DNA from: an uncultured Pirellulales bacterium
GTDB taxonomy: Bacteria; Planctomycetota; Phycisphaerae; Sedimentisphaerales; Anaerobacaceae
Length of the DNA stretch: 64,000 nucleotides
NCBI GenBank assembly: GCA_964499145.1
Contig: CAZCIR010000012.1
Coordinates: 3,603 to 67,602, forward strand
Direction: 5' to 3'
Made by a program: the position numbers and the translations under genes. Under the pieces are notes generated by a model. The model saw only the letters and a list, made by a program, of their open reading frames with translations, was not told the DNA's origin and searched no databases. Shown here in pieces: positions 15,941 through 21,803 of this stretch; position 1 is the stretch's first letter, and each line of letters opens with the position of its first letter.

Positions 15941-17538
15941 TTCTCGCTCTCACTAAAAACATCCGCCTGGAAAACAAGAAAGGTAGCACCATCCTTCCAG
16001 GCATCTTCAGGTAATCCTGCCTTCAAAGACAATTGTGTGAGCATCCGGTTTACATCCCAGCCCTGCTCGGGCGCAACCTGAGGCAAGAACACGGCGGAGC
16101 GACCATTTTTACTCAGTACTACGCCGTCTATGCCGATTCTGATTTCATCCGGCGAAGCAATTGGGGCAGGCGGAGTCAATGCCGATATCTCGATTGTAAT
16201 ATCATTGCATTCAGCCACTGTTACCGGCAGGAAACGCCTATCGTAGACGCCGGCATTAATGGCATTAAAAATAACTGACCTGTACAAAGGCTGCCGCGGA
16301 AAAATATCACCTATACAGCCTCTAAGCTGAAAATTTTCTTTAAGCGTTACGAACGCCGCCCGCTGACGTTTCATCGCATCGCTGACAGTGATATTCAACT
16401 CGGATGCCTCCGGAGCTCGCTGCCTCTGAAGAAAATAAACTAATGATTTACGGGCCAACGCCAAAAGCTGCTTCTTATCTTCCTCATTCAATTTGTGGAC
16501 GTTCGCCTCCGGCTTAATTTCAGAGGAGTTTCCCCACTTCCCGGAAAAGACAATCGAAAAGTAACTGACCGAGTTGGTGTAATCACCCGTCAATTCGCCG
16601 GAAGTTGCATACTTAACTAACTTAGCTTCAACGGATTTGTCAAACATAGAAAGCAATATTGCTATTGGCACAAACCCACATATTGTTGCACCGGTTTTGT
16701 TACGATATTCCAAAAAGCCCTTGAAATCTAAGGCCTTAATATGCTCATACGCTCCCATATCAAGCTGCTTTAGCTGCTCAGGAATGTTTTCTCTGAAGGG
16801 GACATAGCCGTAGTTTGGGCCAAAATGGGTAAAATCCGAGCTTGCAATAACGAGCGTGTCATCGTCAACCAAACTTTTCAAAATAGCACCGGCTTTTTCA
16901 ATAGTCTCTTCTGAGCAATCGCCGGCCACAATCAGTACAAGTTTAAAGTCCTTCTGCACATATTGCAGCAACGGCACTTCTATCTGAGTGCTGTGCTCGT
17001 TTTCGTTTACCTGCGGTATGTTCTGAAAAATTGAATGCTTTAAAAGCTTATCTATAAATTCCACATCCAGCGGTATCTGTCCGAGCGGCGTTTCATAATG
17101 CGTTGTCCTCGGCACACTCAGCACCTGCTCCATAGAGACACGGTGACTGGGGCCAATAATAACAACCCGTTTATATTTTTTGGATGTGGCTTTCAATCCA
17201 AAGGCCGCTGTCCGGCCGGAGAATTGATAGCCCGCGTGCGGAAGGATAAGGGCAATAACATTATCTACAGGTTCGACCTCGGCTTTTTTGAAAAATCCAT
17301 CGATTTGTTTGTTAAGTGCGTCAGCATCGGCAGGATACCAACTGCCGGCGAGTGAGGAACGAAGAACAGACTTGGCCAGCTTTGCAGGCTCCTTTTTTTC
17401 AGGGGCTGTTACTTCCTTAACCGGAGCCGCCTTTTTTTTGCATGTAGTTACAAAAAGTGTGCACAAGATACATACAAGCGGAATCACTAATTGCAAAGAA
17501 TACCTTTTATTGTCGGATTCACTCAAATGTTTTTTCAT
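15937..17538 (-). CDS. amrB-amrA: AmmeMemoRadiSam system proteins B (Memo-like) and A (AMMECR1) fused in one polypeptide, with an N-terminal lipoprotein-like signal/anchor
   Basis: Track ORF 15937..17547 (GTG). ATG 17538 has GGAG 9 nt upstream. Memo motifs are LPHAGYQFSG, IGPSH and SSDFTHFG. The AMMECR1 motif is AAFVTLKENFQLRGCIGDI. The N-terminus is MKKHLSESDNKRYSLQLVIPLVCILCTLFVTTC, followed by a K/P/E/A-rich tether. Confidence 0.85.
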   Translation of the reverse strand: MKKHLSESDNKRYSLQLVIPLVCILCTLFVTTCKKKAAPVKEVTAPEKKEPAKLAKSVLRSSLAGSWYPADADALNKQIDGFFKKAEVEPVDNVIALILPHAGYQFSGRTAAFGLKATSKKYKRVVIIGPSHRVSMEQVLSVPRTTHYETPLGQIPLDVEFIDKLLKHSIFQNIPQVNENEHSTQIEVPLLQYVQKDFKLVLIVAGDCSEETIEKAGAILKSLVDDDTLVIASSDFTHFGPNYGYVPFRENIPEQLKQLDMGAYEHIKALDFKGFLEYRNKTGATICGFVPIAILLSMFDKSVEAKLVKYATSGELTGDYTNSVSYFSIVFSGKWGNSSEIKPEANVHKLNEEDKKQLLALARKSLVYFLQRQRAPEASELNITVSDAMKRQRAAFVTLKENFQLRGCIGDIFPRQPLYRSVIFNAINAGVYDRRFLPVTVAECNDITIEISALTPPAPIASPDEIRIGIDGVVLSKNGRSAVFLPQVAPEQGWDVNRMLTQLSLKAGLPEDAWKDGATFLVFQADVFSESEK

Positions 17539-17539
17539 A

Positions 17540-17722
17540 TTAACCACTCCATTTGCCCTGTCTTAGAAGACCCTGTAAAGGCTTTATGAAACCGGGATAC
17601 TTCTGAAGTTTAAGTGCCCGGATGAACTTACGAGGTGAAGCTTTTTTTGCTACCCAGCAGGCGCCAACAATAATTGCTGAGCCAGCTTTTAATAATTCCT
17701 GAATGAATTTTCTTCGCGTCAT
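17540..17722 (-). CDS. 60-codon ORF with a twin-arginine (Tat) signal-like N-terminus, function unknown
   Basis: Sequence: MTRRKFIQELLKAGSAIIVGACWVAKKASPRKFIRALKLQKYPGFIKPLQGLLRQGKWSG. Its ATG overlaps the amrS stop (ATGA), and its stop lies 1 nt before the amrB-amrA ATG. The track lists it as 17540..17728 with a TTG start. Coding status is supported only by this tight packing and the Tat motif. Confidence 0.45.
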   Translation of the reverse strand: MTRRKFIQELLKAGSAIIVGACWVAKKASPRKFIRALKLQKYPGFIKPLQGLLRQGKWSG

Positions 17723-18702
17723 CTCCAAACTCCATATATTTCTTTACCGCAATCAGGACAACAGCCTTGCTTGAGACGGTTCTGCATAATGATATAACCG
17801 ATGCGTTCAATAAGTAACTTCCTGCAGCTGGGACAATATGTGTTCTGGCCGCCCTTACGCCGGACATTTCCTATATAAACGTAATTCATCCCTTCGCTTA
17901 TTGCAATTTCGCGGGCTAAATCAAGCGTCTTTTCAGACGTCGGCGGCAGATGCCGCATCTTATACCGCGGGAAAAATCGCGAAAAATGAAGCGGAGTCTC
18001 ACCGCCGAGATTCGCTTTGATCCAACGAACTAATTGGCGAATTTCTTTCGGCTTGTCGTTCAATGTCGGAATAATCAGATTCGTAACTTCTACCAGTATG
18101 CCGCTGGCCTTTGCTAAAACCATCGCTTTCTGCACCGGCTTTAAGGTCGCAGAGCAAACTTTACGGTAAAACTCATCCGTTATCCCCTTTAAATCTATGT
18201 TAGCAGCATCGACAACTTCTAACAGCTTTTTCCAAGGCTCTTCATTTATATAGCCCGCCGTAACAAGAACATTTCGTATATTCGCCTTCCTAGCTAATTT
18301 TGACGTGTCATAGGTGTATTCATAATAAATAACCGGCTCAGTATACGTATATGCAATTGAGGAGAAGTTTTGCGATTTTGCCATTTCAACAACTTTCTCA
18401 GGCGGGCAGAGATATGCAGGCGTATCTTCCGGATTAGCCTGTGATATTTCCCAGTTCTGGCAGTTGAGACAATGTAGATTACAACCGGCAGTTGCAATAG
18501 AAAGTATGCGACTTGCCGGCAGGAAATGAAAAAGTGGCTTTTTCTCAATCGGGTCATCGTGGATTGAGCAAGGGTATCCATAAACCACCGTCCGCAGGAC
18601 ACCATCGATGTTGATTCTAACACGGCACTCGCCACTTTGGCCGGGTTCAATCAGGCATCTCTTTGGACATAGCTCACACTGAACTTTCAATTTAAGCCCC
18701 AC
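17719..18702 (-). CDS. amrS: AmmeMemoRadiSam system radical SAM enzyme
   Basis: The N-terminal Cys motif is VQCELCPKRCLIEPGQSGECRVR and the radical SAM cluster is GCNLHCLNCQNWEISQ. Its size, and its adjacency to Memo and AMMECR1, define the family. A GTG start is assumed. Confidence 0.85.
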   Translation of the reverse strand: MGLKLKVQCELCPKRCLIEPGQSGECRVRINIDGVLRTVVYGYPCSIHDDPIEKKPLFHFLPASRILSIATAGCNLHCLNCQNWEISQANPEDTPAYLCPPEKVVEMAKSQNFSSIAYTYTEPVIYYEYTYDTSKLARKANIRNVLVTAGYINEEPWKKLLEVVDAANIDLKGITDEFYRKVCSATLKPVQKAMVLAKASGILVEVTNLIIPTLNDKPKEIRQLVRWIKANLGGETPLHFSRFFPRYKMRHLPPTSEKTLDLAREIAISEGMNYVYIGNVRRKGGQNTYCPSCRKLLIERIGYIIMQNRLKQGCCPDCGKEIYGVWR

Positions 18703-18807
18703 TTCATACTATTTATAGATTCTCCATAATTATAACAAATTCTTATACTCTTACCACAGGTTAGAAGTTCTCTTGAGGTTTGACAGCCTGTATCGCAATT
18801 ATATGAC

Positions 18808-18922
18808 ATAACGAAGAGGGTGGGATTGCCATTCGGGCCAGGTGTTTGTCGGCACTACGTGCATCGCCAAACCCTTCTCATCCCGGCGCATCACAAGCAG
18901 TTGTGCTGCTCCCTTCCGTTAT
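18808..18922. ncRNA. Unassigned GC-rich foldable element (candidate structured RNA); strand undetermined
   Basis: This stretch is conspicuously GC-rich in an AT-rich spacer, directly abutting tRNA-Ser. Hand folding gives four parts. The terminal stem pairs 18808..18820 with 18911..18922 (11 bp, 2 bulges). An inner long hairpin pairs GGGAU/AUCCC and GGUGUUUG/CAAACCC, with a GCAC-UAC-GUGC tip. A second hairpin is AGCAG-UUGUG-CUGCU. Every pair I drew is Watson-Crick, so the strand cannot be inferred. Confidence 0.3.
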
Positions 18923-18937
18923 TCACTTCATTCATAA

Positions 18938-19028
18938 CGGAGAGGGCGGGATTCGAACCCGCGCAGCGGGTTTATACCCACTGGACGGTTTAGCAAACCG
19001 TTGCCTTCAGCCACTCGGCCACCTCTCC
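18938..19028 (-). tRNA. tRNA-Ser, anticodon GCU, class II (long variable arm), no encoded CCA
   Basis: The minus strand reads GGAGAGGTGGCCGAGTGGCTGAAGGCAACGGTTTGCTAAACCGTCCAGTGGGTATAAACCCGCTGCGCGGGTTCGAATCCCGCCCTCTCCG. It has a 7-bp acceptor stem, an anticodon stem ACGGT/ACCGT with loop TTGCTAA, a long extra arm, and the T-loop GGTTCGAATCC. Confidence 0.95.
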
Positions 19029-19568
19029 GAATAATTCTCTGATAAGCTATATTTTTAGAGCTCTTATTGCAAGAAGATTAAGGGTAAGCTGCACTGTTCT
19101 GACTTTATGAGTAGAAACAGCTTGAGTATTAAAGGAAGGCTTTCATTGGTAATTCTGTTGCAATTATCAAATAACATTTATAGCCTCAATATACCCATTT
19201 TTTATAAGGCGCTGCCTTTTGGCATTTATTGTTTATTCGCATGGTAGCCGCTTGCATTAAGAAATTACCAGAATCCGGTTTCGTTCTGCGCAGTACTGAG
19301 AAACTTCATCTTTAACCGCATATCCTACCTCAATAATGATATATCAGCTATTAGGGAGCAGATATTATAGGTCTTTATTAAAAGATTTCAATAAAAGAAC
19401 AAATCTGCGTCTTTTTTCCTCGTTATGATTTTAAGGTGTTTTAGTCATTTGTGCAAAAAAATAGCTCCGCATTAAAAAAAAAACAGGGCAATACCAGCGA
19501 AATTGTCGATATAAGGAACTATGAAGTAATTTATTATCGGTATAAATGAATTTGAAAGGGGGTATATT

Positions 19569-20765
19569 ATGAAGGTGTCAAAGTTTACCTACTTAGTTTT
19601 TGTATCAATCTTATTATTGGTGGGGGTTCTGGCGGAATCTGTGAAGGCAGTTGAAAATGAGGGTTTTCAGTACTTCAAAGTGCTCTCAACGGTTGAATAC
19701 AATGGCAAGAAACAGTTTATCAACCAGATAGAATCACTGTTTACCGTGAGAAAGCAATCTGTAGCGGGTGATAATGTTCAATACTTTATATCTTCAAATG
19801 AGTTTGAATTAGGTAGAAGCGGTGAGGAATTTTCATTCATCCTGGATAAAAAGACCCGTCAGATATCCGGCCTGGGCAGAGACTTGACGCTGGTTGAAAG
19901 GGTAAACAACGAGTGCGTCAAATCACTGAAGGAAGTGGGAGCTGAGAATATCGGAAAAACATGGAATCAATCCTTCGACCTTTCATTCCTTGGCGATGCT
20001 TTTCCACAGAAGCTGGAATTTACTTTGACAGCGATTAAGTTGAAAACAGCAGCGCTCGGCGAACTGATGGCGGTTAGGGCACTATCCGGGCCCTTTGTTG
20101 TAAAAGCCGTCAAATCAGATGGTAAAATCGGAGATATCAAGTCAAAAATCAGTGCAGTTTATCTCTTCGATTCGGAAGTTGAGCAGGTTTATATGAGTAT
20201 TTCTGCTTTCACGGCCGGCACGAATATTAACGGCTTCAATGAAAAACTACGGCACGAGGTAGCTACATATATGACAGATGAACTTGGCGAGCCGATTAAT
20301 TTCGACGGCCTTAACAAAAAGTTTGAAAAACTTGTAAAGAAAGTTGGGCTTGTCAAGAAAAATGTCAAGATTAAGAAGGAAACAACACTGCCTCAATGGG
20401 CCAAATTTGAAGGTTTATTTATGAGCCAGATAGGCGGTGTGTGTGCCGCAATAGCGTGTGAAGGGGCTGTGAATCCCGTTGCTATGATTTGTATGCCTGT
20501 TGCCCGTACACTTTCAATGCAGAGCCTCGGTACATTAGCCTCGGTCAGTAGTGCATCAGCAGTAAGTGCCGCACTTACAAGTAGTGTTCCAGCTGTCGGC
20601 GGTATGAACCTGGCAGGCGGTGCAACAATTATGGGAGTCGGCGTTGGGACAGCAGGTGCTGTAGCCGGTGGTACCGTTGGTACAGTCGCCGTCGCCGGCG
20701 GCAGTGGCAGCAGCGGCAGCAGCAGCAGCGGCGGCGGTGATAACTCTACGCCTACTTCTCCGTAA
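19569..20765 (+). CDS. Secreted protein of unknown function with an Ala/Gly/Val/Ser-rich C-terminal region and a GS triplet-repeat tail
   Basis: The RBS AAAGGGGG precedes the start and the signal peptide is VFVSILLLVGVLAESVKA. The last ~120 aa are hydrophobic and low-complexity, ending GGSGSSGSSSSGGGDNSTPTSP. That tail is encoded by a (GGC/AGC)n run at 20697..20738. Confidence 0.7.
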   Translation: MKVSKFTYLVFVSILLLVGVLAESVKAVENEGFQYFKVLSTVEYNGKKQFINQIESLFTVRKQSVAGDNVQYFISSNEFELGRSGEEFSFILDKKTRQISGLGRDLTLVERVNNECVKSLKEVGAENIGKTWNQSFDLSFLGDAFPQKLEFTLTAIKLKTAALGELMAVRALSGPFVVKAVKSDGKIGDIKSKISAVYLFDSEVEQVYMSISAFTAGTNINGFNEKLRHEVATYMTDELGEPINFDGLNKKFEKLVKKVGLVKKNVKIKKETTLPQWAKFEGLFMSQIGGVCAAIACEGAVNPVAMICMPVARTLSMQSLGTLASVSSASAVSAALTSSVPAVGGMNLAGGATIMGVGVGTAGAVAGGTVGTVAVAGGSGSSGSSSSGGGDNSTPTSP

Positions 20766-20952
20766 CAAAAAAGCAGGCGAAAAGGCACAAAGATACAACG
20801 AAGCTTTGAGGGCGTAAAGGCTCCAGATCTTTTTTGAGATTGATTTGCGCGGCTGTTTTTATGAATTCTCAAATCTTTTTTGAGAAAACTTAATGCAAAA
20901 TGAATAGATAATTACCAATTGCCGAAGATTTCTAATTCATGGAGGAAACCAA

Positions 20953-21783
20953 TTGAGATATCCGGCAAAAATATGGAGATTCGCTCAAGACAGGAAGGTC
21001 GTTTTTGCATCCACCTTATTTTTATTTTTGGCGGGTTGCGGTCCATCTTTATCGTCCCCTGAGGACGTCACAAAGTTTGAAAAAGCAGGTCCCATCCAAG
21101 CAGTAATGGATTTTGACCGGTTGGCTAAAGGCAAGCCCGGCCCCTATCGAGTTATTCCAGGCGATGTACTGGAATTTCAAATGCATGTCAGCCTGCGTAT
21201 TATCTCCTCCGAGTTACCGGATTGGCTTCGACCGTCATACGGGTACAAAGAAATTGAGCCGTACCTGGTCCGTGTGAGTGATGCAGGAACTGTTACATTG
21301 CCGATTATCGGCGACATACAAGTTGCCGGTAAAACGCTTGCCGAGATAGAACAAGCGGTTAAAAACGCCTATTATCCCAAGTATGTTGTAAATCCTCCCA
21401 TGCTGGTCTGTCAGGTAAGGGAATACCAGGGTGAACATGAGAGGGTTTTTACTGTTGTGGGATTGGTGAACAAACCTGATGCGTATCCCTATCCACCAGA
21501 TGTTCAATATAACTTAATGGAGGCATTGGCATTTGCCGGCGGGCTCGATATGGTTGCTGATCCGCAATATGTTAAGGTCTTTCGGCAGGATGCTGACGGC
21601 AAAGTGCTCCAGACGACTTTTGGAATAGGCGACAAGGCCTTAACAAAAGCGTATGCCATTGCAATAAAACCGGGGGATGTCATATATGTGAACCACACAG
21701 TAAGTACGCGTATCAACAAATTTCTATCTGACGTATTTCATATAACAGTTGGTGCAAATGTTAGTGCTGCAGAGTTTAAATAA
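20953..21783 (+). CDS. wza: Polysaccharide export lipoprotein (Wza-like; Poly_export + SLBB)
   Basis: A TTG start has GGAGGA 7 nt upstream. The lipobox is LFLAGC. Motifs YRVIPGDVLEF and VTLPIIGDIQVAGKTLAEIEQAVKNAY are typical of the family. Confidence 0.85.
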   Translation: MRYPAKIWRFAQDRKVVFASTLFLFLAGCGPSLSSPEDVTKFEKAGPIQAVMDFDRLAKGKPGPYRVIPGDVLEFQMHVSLRIISSELPDWLRPSYGYKEIEPYLVRVSDAGTVTLPIIGDIQVAGKTLAEIEQAVKNAYYPKYVVNPPMLVCQVREYQGEHERVFTVVGLVNKPDAYPYPPDVQYNLMEALAFAGGLDMVADPQYVKVFRQDADGKVLQTTFGIGDKALTKAYAIAIKPGDVIYVNHTVSTRINKFLSDVFHITVGANVSAAEFK

Positions 21784-21803
21784 ATTCGCATTATAAGGGA
21801 AAT

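Noticed and set aside
17432-17439. T8 (A8 on the coding strand) homopolymer in the first 40 codons of the Memo::AMMECR1 gene as a phase-variation switch
   Set aside because: It simply encodes the KKK of the linker after the putative lipobox Cys. Eight bases is a marginal length for slippage and I have no population data. It is worth noting only as a possible sequencing-error hotspot.
18808-18922. Calling the GC-rich element the SRP (4.5S) RNA
   Set aside because: Two motifs at the right spacing resemble the 3' strand of E. coli 4.5S helix 8. However, the conserved 5' strand (..CAGGUCC before the GGAA loop) is missing, and that position is occupied by the tRNA-Ser trailer. My hand fold is also a multi-stem structure rather than a single long hairpin. 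I therefore keep it as an unassigned candidate RNA.
18846-19034. 62-aa plus-strand ORF
   Set aside because: It lies antisense to tRNA-Ser(GCU) and to the GC-rich foldable element. The open frame is explained by GC-rich structured sequence, not by coding.
18938-19568. tRNA-Ser as the integration site of a genomic island containing the glycan locus
   Set aside because: I found no integrase gene and no direct repeat of the tRNA 3' end anywhere in the window. The tRNA 3' end also points away from the glycan locus. Cassette exchange by homologous recombination between conserved flanks remains possible but cannot be shown here.
20393-20872. 159-aa minus-strand ORF (and the 80-aa ORF at 20556..20798)
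   Set aside because: They lie antisense to the Ala/Gly/Ser-rich tail and GGC/AGC run of the 19569..20765 gene. Their P/L/T/A low-complexity translation is a mirror artefact.
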